DNA from: Bdellovibrio sp.
GTDB taxonomy: Bacteria; Bdellovibrionota; Bdellovibrionia; Bdellovibrionales; Bdellovibrionaceae
DNA: 64,000 bases
Direction: 5' to 3'
Assembly: GCA_036676395.1 (NCBI GenBank)
Contig: JAKFCY010000002.1
Coordinates: forward strand, 992,001 to 1,056,000
Below, in pieces: positions 10,154 to 20,241 of this stretch. Position numbers and translations under genes: made by a program. Numbering within the stretch: position 1 is the stretch's first letter; each line of letters starts with the position of its first letter. The notes beneath the pieces were generated by a model. It did no database searches. It saw only the letters and a program-made list of their open reading frames with translations, and was not told the DNA's origin.

Positions 10154-11066
10154 AGTTTTCAGTTTGTTCCCAATCGACGCTGTCTTCATATTTTGCCAGG
10201 GCAGCATCGACTCGGCGTAAAGTCTCGAGCGAGTTCTCAATTTTTTGAATTGCAGCGTCTTCTTCTGGGTGTCGTTGGCGTATTAACTGCACCGTCAGAT
10301 CGATAGTTTGAAACGGGGTATTTACTAAATCACGAAGTTGAATGAAGGCGCGCGCCATGTTTCGCAGTGAGGCCTTTTCAGCGCGATCAAGGTAATCGCG
10401 TCCAAGCTCTAAAGCACCGACAAGACTAAAAATTGAAAATAAAGTGATCGTAAAAATTAAAATGTAATTATTAATACCCCACAGATAATGAGATGAAATA
10501 ATTCCGGTACGAATGAGCGGGTAAACTGAAAGTCCAACGACGCCAATGCCGCAGCCGATGCGTAACATTAAAGTGGATGTGTTTTTTGATTTATAGCGAA
10601 TACATAAAATGAGCGTTGTTACGTAAAAAATAATATTGGCTAATGAGGCCATACGAAATAAGACCACTGTGGGATAGACAATTCCTGCAAAACGAATGGA
10701 TAGAGCGGTAATAACAAGCGTTTTATAAAATCGGGATGTAACGAATTTAAAGGCCGGAAATGGCTGAAAAGCCGAAACGAAGAGCCGGTAAAAAGCATAC
10801 ACAATAAGGCCGCCAGAAAAGTGGGTGAGGCGCTTTAAGATCGGTTCATTTTGTAACGCTGAAAATTGCGCGGGCATGTGGTCATACATGACCATCATAA
10901 ATTGAAACGCAAAAATCGCCAGACTTAGATTTAAAAGAGATTGATGGCGAAATTTAAAATAAAATGAAATACATAACAAGCACGCCAGTACACAGATAGC
11001 TAAACTAAAACCTAAGATGACACTGGACTCAGTGGTGAGTAAAAGCGAACCAAGCAGTGAATTCAT
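10122..11066 (-). CDS. 7TM membrane protein with degenerate HisKA-like helical tail
   Basis: About 7 TM helices, then AFIQLRDLVNTPFQTI; no HATPase domain. Confidence 0.6.
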   Translation of the reverse strand: MNSLLGSLLLTTESSVILGFSLAICVLACLLCISFYFKFRHQSLLNLSLAIFAFQFMMVMYDHMPAQFSALQNEPILKRLTHFSGGLIVYAFYRLFVSAFQPFPAFKFVTSRFYKTLVITALSIRFAGIVYPTVVLFRMASLANIIFYVTTLILCIRYKSKNTSTLMLRIGCGIGVVGLSVYPLIRTGIISSHYLWGINNYILIFTITLFSIFSLVGALELGRDYLDRAEKASLRNMARAFIQLRDLVNTPFQTIDLTVQLIRQRHPEEDAAIQKIENSLETLRRVDAALAKYEDSVDWEQTENFIEVDPLVKK

Positions 11067-11437
11067 TTTTTAATCGCTGTTCGAATGGCTTCACATAAAG
11101 CGTTGGCGTACATGGGCTTTGTCCAGATTTCGGCACCGATGTCGCAGGCGGCTTGCAACATAGGATGAGTCTTTCCGTGACCGGTCAGAAAACAGATTTT
11201 TCCGGTATAGCCTTGTGACTTTAACCAGTGAAAGGCATCAACACCTGTGGGTTGGTCACTGCCTAAGTTAATATCCAAGATGGCCACTTTGGTTTGTAAA
11301 ACTTCAGCGCGGTGTTCGATAAGATCAGCAAGCCGGCTAAAGCTAAGAGCTTCTTCGCCAAGTTCAGATTTGGTGACTTCAGATAGAACTTCGCGCAGTT
11401 CTTCATTGTCTTCTAAAAAAGTTATGCTTGCTGCCAT
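11063..11437 (-). CDS. single-domain response regulator
   Basis: FLEDN, ILDINL, LTG and KP motifs; ATGA overlap with the next gene. Confidence 0.85.
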   Translation of the reverse strand: MAASITFLEDNEELREVLSEVTKSELGEEALSFSRLADLIEHRAEVLQTKVAILDINLGSDQPTGVDAFHWLKSQGYTGKICFLTGHGKTHPMLQAACDIGAEIWTKPMYANALCEAIRTAIKK

Positions 11438-11547
11438 GACGAACAGAGTATGTGGTGAAAGGCTTTGTCGCGCAACAAATACCATAGATAAATGATTGAT
11501 TTGTGAGGCTGCGTAAGAATATCCTTACAGCATAAGGATACAATTTT

Positions 11548-12759
11548 ATGATCTTAACAGTTCTTTCATTGACGGCGTTAACAAGTTTTTTACCCCATTA
11601 TAAAAGTGAACTTTTAGCTCGTACAAATGGCTCAAGTACCTACAATATGCCAGCTTATAGTTCGATGGGTAACACATCACCAAGTATTAATGATCAAGGC
11701 GATGTTGCCTTTAAAATACTCTCTGGTGGCTTTGATCAGAGTGGTGACCACAGTGAACAGTCAGCCATTTGGTTAAAGACCAGCAAAGAAATTGATGGTC
11801 GTGCGGTTTATTTTGGCCCGAAAGAAAAGTTCATCGGTGATCCGGAAATGTTAAGTCACGGAGACATTTTATTTACTTTATTTAATGAAGCTGCCAATGA
11901 TGGCCTTTTTATTTATGAAACGAAAAATCAAGCCAGTAAAAATATTTTTCCGGCAAAAGATATGGCGGCATTAAGTTATGCCCAGTTAATTAACGATAGC
12001 GCTTATGTTTTTCGTACGACCGATTCTGAAAATAATCGTGCATTTTATGAATGGCGTTCAGACAAACTTTGGCCGATTGTCGATGAAGATGGCGGCTACG
12101 CGTATTTATTTGGTCCGAGCGTAAACGACCGTTCACAATGGTTATTTAAAGCTCGTTTGGGTGAAAAGTTTAACTACGCCGAAGAAGCCAAAGATCAAAT
12201 TGTTTTATTAACACCGCAATTTACAGCCACAGGTGAAAAATCTTATCAAAAGTCAGTTATTGCCCAGGATAGTGATGCGGATGTGTTATCGCCGTATAAA
12301 TCTTTTGATAATAGCCCTTTCTTATCAAATGCCGGCTATGCCGTATTTGGGGCGACTTTAAAAGATAAAACTAGAGTCATTGTGGCAGTGAAAGACGGAA
12401 AACATTTTACCGTCGCGCAAGAAAAATCAGATAACATCTCGCAAATTGAAATGTTCTCGCAAAAAATTAACGACAACGGCCTTGTCGTGTTTCGTGCTAA
12501 AGATGAAAACGGCTTGCGCGCAATATTTATAGCAAACCCTTTTGCTGTTACACCCGAGATAAAAAAACTTATCGGCGAAGGCGATGCGATTATGGCTGAT
12601 CAGGGAATGGCGGCAATTCTTAAGCGCGATCAGTTTCCAGGATTCGCTGGCAATATTGATATCAACAATAATAACGAAATTGTGTTTTCAGCCGTCATTG
12701 CTACAGAAAATCACAAGTGGATTTTTGGCTCGGCCATTTACAAACTTCACCCGTTATAG
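11548..12759 (+). CDS. secreted beta-propeller-like repeat protein (NxxGxxxF repeats)
   Basis: Repeats INDQGDVAF, INDNGLVVF, LSNAGYAVF, INNNNEIVF. Confidence 0.6.
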   Translation: MILTVLSLTALTSFLPHYKSELLARTNGSSTYNMPAYSSMGNTSPSINDQGDVAFKILSGGFDQSGDHSEQSAIWLKTSKEIDGRAVYFGPKEKFIGDPEMLSHGDILFTLFNEAANDGLFIYETKNQASKNIFPAKDMAALSYAQLINDSAYVFRTTDSENNRAFYEWRSDKLWPIVDEDGGYAYLFGPSVNDRSQWLFKARLGEKFNYAEEAKDQIVLLTPQFTATGEKSYQKSVIAQDSDADVLSPYKSFDNSPFLSNAGYAVFGATLKDKTRVIVAVKDGKHFTVAQEKSDNISQIEMFSQKINDNGLVVFRAKDENGLRAIFIANPFAVTPEIKKLIGEGDAIMADQGMAAILKRDQFPGFAGNIDINNNNEIVFSAVIATENHKWIFGSAIYKLHPL

Positions 12760-12875
12760 GGCGTATTGACCCTTCATCGCGAAAAATATCCCCAGGCATT
12801 TTTTTTTATTTCTCATTGTTAATCAGAGAGAGCTAAAATGCCTACAGATAAACCCATAAGAAGGAGTATTTCGTT

Positions 12876-13277
12876 ATGAAAAAACTAGCTATATTTTTAA
12901 CGGCATTTGCCATGGTTTCGGCAATCGCCGCATTCGCAGCTGATAATACAAAAAAACAAACGACCACAACCACGACCACAGAAAGTAATACGGTTGCTGG
13001 TGTTAAACAAGACATGGCCATGTTCAAACAAGAAATGTCTGTGAAGCTTGAAAGTGCTGAAGCCCAAATTTCTGCTTTAAAAGAAAAAGCTAAAGTTAAA
13101 GGCTCTAATGTTAAACAAGCCACGATTGCAGATCTTGAAAGCACGAAGTTGAAAATTAAAAATGACCTTGCGGCTTTAGATAAATCATCAGAGACCACTT
13201 GGACTACGATGAAATCAAAAATCGCAACGGCGATGGATGATTTAAATACTAAAACGCAAAAATTACTGCGCGAATAG
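12876..13277 (+). CDS. secreted helical (coiled-coil) protein
   Basis: AAGGAG RBS, AFA signal peptide, helical bundle with W..MK motif. Confidence 0.7.
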   Translation: MKKLAIFLTAFAMVSAIAAFAADNTKKQTTTTTTTESNTVAGVKQDMAMFKQEMSVKLESAEAQISALKEKAKVKGSNVKQATIADLESTKLKIKNDLAALDKSSETTWTTMKSKIATAMDDLNTKTQKLLRE

Positions 13278-13279
13278 TT

Positions 13280-14524
13280 TTAATGCGCAGATAGTTTGTC
13301 CAGCTCCATTTTGCGTAAAGCTGGAGACCAATATGCGATCAGGGCTACGGTCAGTAAACACATCGTGGCCCCGAAATAAACCGATGGTACGGTTCCGAAT
13401 AATTTTGCTGCAATTCCGGATTCGACTTCACCTAATTCATTTGATGAACCAATAAAAATAGAATTTACCGCAGAAATTTTACCGCGCATATGATCTGGCG
13501 ATGACAACTGCACAGCAGCAGATCTGATCATCATGCTGACGCTGTCAAATAGGCCACTAAAAGCTAAGGCGACCATAGAAATCCAAAATGTGGTGCTCAT
13601 CGCGAAAAATAAAATACATAATCCAAAACCAGTCACCGCAGAAAATAACCACGTGCCTGAATGCCCTTTAAGGGGGTTGCGCACTAAATATAAACTGGTG
13701 ATCGTAGCACCTATAGCAGGGGCGGCACGTAAAAAGCCTAAACCTTTGGGGCCGACCATTAAAATTTCATTCGCAAAAATCGGTAAAAGTGCGGTGACGC
13801 CGCCAAATAAAACCGACACCATATCTAATGACAACGCCGGAAATAAGATGGGATGTTTGAAAACAAAGCGTGCGCCCGATAAAAGTTCATCTTTGATGGT
13901 GGCATGCTTATGCAAAGTCTCAGGTGCTGGAATATCTTTTTTAATCAGATACATCGATGTCACAGAACAGATAAGCAATAGACAAACTAATGACGATGTT
14001 ACGGTGACACCGAAAAAACCAAAAATAAACCCACCGGCGGCAGGGCCAGCGATACGGGCAATCTGCATTGCAGAACTGCTGGTCGCTGTCGCCTGTAAAA
14101 GTTGGTTGCGTTCAACTAAACGCGGAATCGATGCAAAGATGGCAGGCTGAGAAAATGAACGCGCGATCCCTGTTAGAAAAGCGGCGCCGTATAACATACC
14201 AGCTTGTGCATGTAAGGATAATTGCGGAGCTAGGTAATTTTCTAAAAGCACCATCAAACCAGAAAGAAGACTTACATAAATGACTCGTCGATAAACCATT
14301 AAGGGTCTTAAACGATCGACCAAATAGCCAGCGTATAAAGCCAAGCCAATCGCCGGTACAGCTTCGGTTAAACCAATCATACCTAAAGCTAATGGATCTT
14401 TTAATAGATCGTAAATGCGCCAGCCAAGAACGACGGCTTGCATTTGTACAGCAAACGAAAAGAAAAACCGGGCTGTGACTAATTTTTTAAAATCTGAAGG
14501 TAGAGAACTGAAGCGGTTACTCAT
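13280..14524 (-). CDS. MFS transporter (MFS_3/EntS-like)
   Basis: About 12 TM helices; AGYLVDR motif A; PDHMRGKISA. Confidence 0.9.
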   Translation of the reverse strand: MSNRFSSLPSDFKKLVTARFFFSFAVQMQAVVLGWRIYDLLKDPLALGMIGLTEAVPAIGLALYAGYLVDRLRPLMVYRRVIYVSLLSGLMVLLENYLAPQLSLHAQAGMLYGAAFLTGIARSFSQPAIFASIPRLVERNQLLQATATSSSAMQIARIAGPAAGGFIFGFFGVTVTSSLVCLLLICSVTSMYLIKKDIPAPETLHKHATIKDELLSGARFVFKHPILFPALSLDMVSVLFGGVTALLPIFANEILMVGPKGLGFLRAAPAIGATITSLYLVRNPLKGHSGTWLFSAVTGFGLCILFFAMSTTFWISMVALAFSGLFDSVSMMIRSAAVQLSSPDHMRGKISAVNSIFIGSSNELGEVESGIAAKLFGTVPSVYFGATMCLLTVALIAYWSPALRKMELDKLSAH

Positions 14525-14993
14525 GTGCTTTTAGTAAACCAACTGGATCTTTCGAAAAAATGCTGCTTACGATTACGCGATTTTTTGTTTCTTGATTGTA
14601 ACCGTATTTTAAAAACAGATGCGAGATCACTGTTTTTTGATTTATTTGTAGATTCTGAAAATGCATACCGCACTCTAAAGCAGTCCATTCTCCACTGCAG
14701 TCAGCAATTCCTTGCTCGTTTTCAAAATGTTTATTGCCGTCTACTTCAGAAATAAGTGGCATTTTAATCGTCATTGCATCGCCGGTTAAATCATCTGGCA
14801 AGGTGTAAGACATATATCTTACACCTTTGTTATTTGTCATGATCTGAAAGTTTGTAATTTCAAAAGTGGCTAAATGAGCAAATTTTTCTGACGGCACTGG
14901 AACCTGAAAGGTAGCCTTTAGATTTATAACTTCGTCAGCTAATAAGAATTGAGAAAATAGAAAGCAGGCTGTGATAAGTATTGTTTTGAACAT
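14517..14993 (-). CDS. secreted hypothetical protein
   Basis: Signal peptide, Cys pair; overlaps the MFS start. Confidence 0.65.
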   Translation of the reverse strand: MFKTILITACFLFSQFLLADEVINLKATFQVPVPSEKFAHLATFEITNFQIMTNNKGVRYMSYTLPDDLTGDAMTIKMPLISEVDGNKHFENEQGIADCSGEWTALECGMHFQNLQINQKTVISHLFLKYGYNQETKNRVIVSSIFSKDPVGLLKAHE

Positions 14994-15024
14994 GGCTCAT
15001 TTTAAGAGCGATAAGTGATTAGGG

Positions 15025-15366
15025 TCAATCGCGAACACGAACTTCTAAAAGCTCGACATGAAAGATCAGGTTTGAATGCGCAGGGATTTTGCGTTTTTCA
15101 CGCTCACCGTAGCCTAAATGCGCCGGTACGAATAGAGTGCGTTTACCGCCTTCTTTCATGCCCATCAGGCCGAGATCCCAGCCTTGAATCACACGTTTTG
15201 AACCGATCACGAACTCGAAAGGGCGGCCATGATCGTGCGATGAATCAAATTTAGTCCCATCTTCTAAAAAGCCTGTGTAATGACAAAAAAGTAATGCGCC
15301 TTTAACAGCCGCTTTGCCTTCGCCAATAACTGTATCGGTGATGATTAGTTCAGTTTTATTATCCAT
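15025..15366 (-). CDS. FKBP-type peptidyl-prolyl isomerase
   Basis: HYTGFLEDGTKFDSS, VIQGWD, LGYG, IPAHSNLIFHVEL. Confidence 0.95.
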   Translation of the reverse strand: MDNKTELIITDTVIGEGKAAVKGALLFCHYTGFLEDGTKFDSSHDHGRPFEFVIGSKRVIQGWDLGLMGMKEGGKRTLFVPAHLGYGEREKRKIPAHSNLIFHVELLEVRVRD

Positions 15367-16367
15367 TACGCGCTTAATGATAAAGAAACAATTTTAGCAA
15401 TCAGATCTTCGTAATCCACACCAGCTTTGTTGGCTGATAGGGCATAGTCTTCGCGTTTACCGATCGAAGGGTTTGGATTAGCTTCAATAAAATAGATATC
15501 TTCGCCTTTGATGCGTAAATCAATACGCCCAAACCCTTGAATACCTAATAAGCGGTAAATCTTTTTACAGACCTCATTTAATTTTTTCTGCATCGGTTCT
15601 GGAAACTCTGCAGCCCAGCCAGAATCAATACCCCATTTTTTGCGGTAGGCTTGATCCCATTTTGATTTGTAAGTTGCAAATTTTGGTTCATCTTCAGATT
15701 TTTGTTTGAAGAATAATTCGCGGGGCGGAAATACTTTTAAATTTTCATTGCCTAAGATGCTGACGTAAACTTCGCGGCCATCGATGAATTCTTCGATAAT
15801 CGCGTCAGCATCTAAACTATTGTGAATAAATTTAACCCGCGCAAGAGCTTCTTTTTCGTTTTTAACAAATGAACTTTGTGAAATACCTTCTGAAGATTCT
15901 AAATCTAAGGGCTTAATAAAAGCAGGAAAAGGAAAACCCTTTAATGAATTCATCGAACGGGATTTTTTAGCTACAACAAATTTTGGAATTTTAATCTGAT
16001 GATAATCTAAAATGACTTTCGTTAAACCTTTGTCTTTGCATAGTTGTAAACTCATCGGGCCAGCGCCGGTAAAAGGAATACCCATTAATTGCATAAGCGA
16101 AGTTAAATTTGGTTCAAAATCGCGTTTACCTAAAAAAGCTTCAGACATGTTAAAGACTAAATCGGGTTTTTGTTCTTTAACAATTTTTAAGAAAGGTTCA
16201 ATATCATCATGAATTCCGTAAGGAATGACCTGGTGACCGAGTTTGATCAAAGTGTTTTTCACATCTTTTTCAATTTTCCAGTCAGGAGTGTTCCAGTAAT
16301 CAGGATACTGCTCGGGAGTTAGCTTTAATGATAAATCAAATAGAAGTACGATCTTCAGTGATTTCAT
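15366..16367 (-). CDS. ATP-grasp ligase (D-Ala-D-Ala ligase-like)
   Basis: PDLVFN, IPFTG, DKGLTK, IKP, EEFIDGRE, GRIDLR, IEANPNP. Confidence 0.85.
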   Translation of the reverse strand: MKSLKIVLLFDLSLKLTPEQYPDYWNTPDWKIEKDVKNTLIKLGHQVIPYGIHDDIEPFLKIVKEQKPDLVFNMSEAFLGKRDFEPNLTSLMQLMGIPFTGAGPMSLQLCKDKGLTKVILDYHQIKIPKFVVAKKSRSMNSLKGFPFPAFIKPLDLESSEGISQSSFVKNEKEALARVKFIHNSLDADAIIEEFIDGREVYVSILGNENLKVFPPRELFFKQKSEDEPKFATYKSKWDQAYRKKWGIDSGWAAEFPEPMQKKLNEVCKKIYRLLGIQGFGRIDLRIKGEDIYFIEANPNPSIGKREDYALSANKAGVDYEDLIAKIVSLSLSA

Positions 16368-16370
16368 AAA

Positions 16371-17408
16371 TTAGGCCTCTCTTTTAAACTTTCCAGTGAA
16401 TAAGTAATTTTTCACCAGACTGGTCAGAAAGCTTGCGGCTTCCATCGTTGTCTGGTTTTCAGATTTTCCAAGTCGTAATTCAAGTTGAGCACAGCGATCG
16501 ATCAGACGTTTTACTAAGGCGTCTATCGTAAATTTGCGTTCTTTCGTTGCCCACGCGACGGCGGCAACGATGGCTTTTTTATGGCGCTTCATAAACCGGC
16601 GCGCCGATAATTCAGTCTTTAACGCTGGATCGCCGTTGAAAATCATTTTTAGATCGGTGTCATAAAAATCTGGATATTCATCTGCATTTTCTCTGCGGCG
16701 CTTCTGATAATATTTTTCTAGGGTTGACGTAAGGTTTGCGACATTGCTTGGGGCACGGCCTTTTTCAGACGCGTTTTTTAATTTCACGCTTTCTTTAGCT
16801 AAAGACTCCATGTAGTTTAATTTCTTTAAAGCTCCGGGCCATTTACTGTATTCTTTTTTCCAGTCAACAGAGGGCGATAACCAGACCGCAAATGTTTCGG
16901 CAAAATCTTCATCTGGATGAGCTTGCGCATACCAACGTTCTAAATGTTTTACATAACCTTTAGAGTAGGGCTGCGGGCGATAAGTTTCAGGAGCATAATC
17001 TTGCGAAGGTGAACCAAACACCTGGCTCCATTTTTTTCTTTTTGAAAATCTATAACAATGATCAAAACAATGGCCGGCTTCGTGACGCAGAAGTTTCATA
17101 AACCATTCTGGATTGCCACCTTCAACTTCTAACATCATTGATTTTTCCAAATGTTTCAGGCGGGTATTGGCCAGGTAAAACGGTACAGCGATCGCGTTCA
17201 TGCCTTCAGGGCTAAACCATTCGTCACCAAAAAATATTTGTGGTTTGAAATTTAAACCTTTAGCTTCAAGTTCTTTATAAAGCTGATCGACATAGTCTTG
17301 CACTTCGCTTTCAGCAAGCGAGAGTTGAATATTTTTAAAACGCAGTTTTAAAATATCCTGATCAGATAATTCGGCTAATTCTTCAGCTTTAATAGTCTTC
17401 GATGACAT
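16371..17408 (-). CDS. putative zinc-binding metallopeptidase
   Basis: HEAGH zincin motif and YAQAHPDEDFAETF. Confidence 0.85.
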   Translation of the reverse strand: MSSKTIKAEELAELSDQDILKLRFKNIQLSLAESEVQDYVDQLYKELEAKGLNFKPQIFFGDEWFSPEGMNAIAVPFYLANTRLKHLEKSMMLEVEGGNPEWFMKLLRHEAGHCFDHCYRFSKRKKWSQVFGSPSQDYAPETYRPQPYSKGYVKHLERWYAQAHPDEDFAETFAVWLSPSVDWKKEYSKWPGALKKLNYMESLAKESVKLKNASEKGRAPSNVANLTSTLEKYYQKRRRENADEYPDFYDTDLKMIFNGDPALKTELSARRFMKRHKKAIVAAVAWATKERKFTIDALVKRLIDRCAQLELRLGKSENQTTMEAASFLTSLVKNYLFTGKFKREA

Positions 17409-17502
17409 ACCGTTTCCTATCGGTCAGTCTCATTCTGATATTAAGCATGACAGCAAGGATTAGGCCTTAAGTCTTTCGCTAAAGGTCCGGGACTAATTGG
17501 TG

Positions 17503-17937
17503 CTACCGGCAGTAAAGCCCTGGTTGATCACCCAAATCTTTGAAATTAAAATAGGCTTTCGCATCCAAATCATTGATAAACACTTGGCCTGTGTAGTGGG
17601 TGTATTCACCCTCAGTCGAAGTTTGCGGGTATAAACGTAAATGCACACCATCGGTATCACCGCGCAAATTGATGTCGGTTGTGTAAATTTCAGGAGTCAT
17701 GCGAAGACTTTTGTTTTCATAAACTTTTACATCGTTTTTAAACACTGAAAGTGTGGCGCTGAAAAATAAAAAACCGATAAACGGGTGCATTGGATCAATC
17801 GGGCGAAAAAAAGAAATTGCAACGGTGTGATCTTCACTTTTTGCTGTTTTGCAATTAATTGAGTTCAATGCAACAGCAGAAGCTTTATTCGAGATGGTTA
17901 AGATTAAAACAAGAATTAAAAATTTTAGGATATTCAT
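17503..17937 (-). CDS. secreted hypothetical protein
   Basis: Start at MNILKF gives an ASA signal peptide; terminal Cys pair. Confidence 0.6.
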   Translation of the reverse strand: MNILKFLILVLILTISNKASAVALNSINCKTAKSEDHTVAISFFRPIDPMHPFIGFLFFSATLSVFKNDVKVYENKSLRMTPEIYTTDINLRGDTDGVHLRLYPQTSTEGEYTHYTGQVFINDLDAKAYFNFKDLGDQPGLYCR

Positions 17938-18058
17938 GGCTTTGTTTTTAAAACACCGATGAATTGAATGGCAAGCAAACAGTCTAGTTGTAGCTAGATA
18001 AAACTCACATGAGAAATCAAGACTTGAGAAGTGTGCTTGCCTTAGTTTTAATATTAAT

Positions 18059-18712
18059 ATGTTTAAAAAATCGCTTATTTCTGTTGCTGTTGTATCTTTT
18101 TTTTCAATGAGTTCTTTAGCCGCGGATAAGGGCCAAGGCAGATTGTTTTTAGGTTCTACAAAAATTAATCCTGAAAATGTAAACACTGAACTTGAATCTC
18201 AAGGCTTAAAAGAATTCGACATGATCAATCAGTTTGGTGTTGAGATTACATTGCCTGCGCTAAAATTTGCCAATGCGGGTTTTCGTTATACACATAGAAT
18301 GATTAAAGAAGAAGAGCTAGCGGCCAGCACGGTTACTGATTACCATGCAGAACTAACTCAACAAGTGTTTGCCGGAATTTTAAGAGCACCGTTAAATAAC
18401 AGCGACTATGCAAAATTTGATTTATTTGTCGGTGCGGGTGTAACAAGCAGTGAATTAAAAATTAAATCACTTACACAAGATGGTTCAGTTGATAAAAAAG
18501 GTTACGCATCACCTATGGCCGTAGCCGGCGGATCAGCTTCATTTGGAGTTAAGAGTATATTTTTTACGATTGAAGCGGGTTACGAATACAATAAAGTAAC
18601 CGGTCTTAAGGAAACGGATACAGTCAGCGGTAATATCGATGAATTCGATTTATCGGGGGGATATTTAACGATTGGTTTAATGTTCGACGGCGTTCCGGTA
18701 TTTAAGAAGTAG
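18059..18712 (+). CDS. outer-membrane beta-barrel protein
   Basis: Signal peptide; amphipathic strands (GYLTIGLMF). Confidence 0.7.
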   Translation: MFKKSLISVAVVSFFSMSSLAADKGQGRLFLGSTKINPENVNTELESQGLKEFDMINQFGVEITLPALKFANAGFRYTHRMIKEEELAASTVTDYHAELTQQVFAGILRAPLNNSDYAKFDLFVGAGVTSSELKIKSLTQDGSVDKKGYASPMAVAGGSASFGVKSIFFTIEAGYEYNKVTGLKETDTVSGNIDEFDLSGGYLTIGLMFDGVPVFKK

Positions 18713-18852
18713 GCTTTGCAGAATTTTGCATCGCTATTATGATCCTGCAAGCTGCAGGTCGGGCATGCTTGCGTTGATACTTTGTGATGGCTTGATGCGC
18801 GCGCAATTTCAGAAGTCACGATACCTGTCGGAATCGCAATGATCGCATAGCC
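18713..18852 (-). pseudogene. C-terminal remnant of an ion transporter (voltage-gated K+ channel family)
   Basis: Reads GYAIIAIPTGIVTSEI...CPTCSLQDHNSDAKFCK, an S6 helix plus Zn-ribbon tail. No start codon, pore or voltage sensor. Confidence 0.7.
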
Positions 18853-18854
18853 AC

Positions 18855-20135
18855 TTACTGTTCAGCGCACAGAACTGATAATGATGTTGAACATAATACG
18901 GATGCAGAACCGTAATCAGGTGTCGCGCTTCCTGCGTTATTCACAAAGCCGTTGAAAGTTGGTTCAGACCAGCCGCCGCAGTGTTGAAACGTAGCTGAAA
19001 GCGCTGCCGAGTTTGTCATTCCGCTCCAGTACTGACCGCCACTAGCAATGGGTTCTTCAAATTCATCTTCGAAATAACCATGAACATTAGTAGTCCCAAT
19101 AAAAGTCACGTTATCAGCACGGCGATAATTCATGTTTGGGTATAAAACCCAGTCAATAGATTGCTCCATTGCCGTTGCGCCACTACAAGCACCTGATTCG
19201 CACACACGACGAACCACCGAAGTGCCGCCTCCTGATGGATTTTCACGTCCAACGACAACTGCTTTATAAGTGCCAGTTAAACCGTTGGTGACAGCATCAG
19301 CGGCGCACACACTATCCATAGCAGGAATTCCGCCATCACCGCGCACACCAGTTGTCGACATAAATAATCGTTTATAGTCACCTGGTGGTGGTAACTGTTT
19401 TGTTTGCACACAATAGATCGGATGTTTTTGATCGCAGAATTGTTTCGTAGGGTCCTGATTGTACACAAAGGGTGAACCCCAAAATTGCGTATAGCCTAGA
19501 TCGACATACTCGTCGTCTATACCAAAATCTAACGACGACTTACCATAATTCGCCATCGTAGCGCCTGTGTTATCGTTATCATTGCGCGACCAATCCGAAC
19601 AGTTCATGGAATCAACTGCCCAGTTATTTGTTAACCCAGTCCACGGGAGCAAGTTATTGCCCGGTGCGGTGATTGAAGTGCTCGATGCGGCAGGAATAAT
19701 GATTCCGTGGCTTGCATCATCTTCTGCGTAGCCGATGACCGTCGTTAAATCTTCACGACGATATTCTTTACCTGCGCGTAAAATCCAGTCAGTGCCATTC
19801 GCGTAACGCTGATTTACACCGATCATTGCTTTAAATGTTCCGCCAAACCCCTTAGTTACTTTTTCTGTTTCACAAAGGGCATCAAAACTAGTTAAGCCAG
19901 ATCCTGTACCACTAGCGACGCCAGTGCCGTTAACTTCAGTGGTTGTTACAAAAACAATGCGATAGTTTTCCTGGGTGGTCATCGCTGGAGTTTCGCCATC
20001 GCCGTCGCCAGTTCCGCCACCATCAGTACTTGGAGTCTCGACAACTTCTTCCTTTTTTTTCTCGAAGCATCCTGTTAATGCAAGCGATACGGTAAACAAT
20101 AAAATCGGAAAAAGATTGTGTAATTGTAATTTCAT
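18855..20135 (-). CDS. lipoprotein with two DUF1554 (endostatin-like) domains
   Basis: LTGC lipobox; two repeats IVFVT..DALC..FKA..W.L...YRR.D...WTG...C..W...C......C. Confidence 0.75.
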   Translation of the reverse strand: MKLQLHNLFPILLFTVSLALTGCFEKKKEEVVETPSTDGGGTGDGDGETPAMTTQENYRIVFVTTTEVNGTGVASGTGSGLTSFDALCETEKVTKGFGGTFKAMIGVNQRYANGTDWILRAGKEYRREDLTTVIGYAEDDASHGIIIPAASSTSITAPGNNLLPWTGLTNNWAVDSMNCSDWSRNDNDNTGATMANYGKSSLDFGIDDEYVDLGYTQFWGSPFVYNQDPTKQFCDQKHPIYCVQTKQLPPPGDYKRLFMSTTGVRGDGGIPAMDSVCAADAVTNGLTGTYKAVVVGRENPSGGGTSVVRRVCESGACSGATAMEQSIDWVLYPNMNYRRADNVTFIGTTNVHGYFEDEFEEPIASGGQYWSGMTNSAALSATFQHCGGWSEPTFNGFVNNAGSATPDYGSASVLCSTSLSVLCAEQ

Positions 20136-20241
20136 GTAGAACACTTCGGAAAAAAACAGATAGAAGTTGAGCGAAACTTGGTCTGGGTATTCTCAAGATA
20201 AGACACTTCAATCAGGAACCATTTATGACGATAGGTTCGTT

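Noticed and set aside
12954..12982. ACN trinucleotide run
   Set aside because: Simply encodes a poly-Thr linker.
13533..14150. 205-aa plus-strand ORF
   Set aside because: Antisense shadow of the MFS gene.
17938..18186. N-terminal extension of ORF 17503..18186
   Set aside because: Overlaps the divergent beta-barrel gene; signal peptide begins at 17937.
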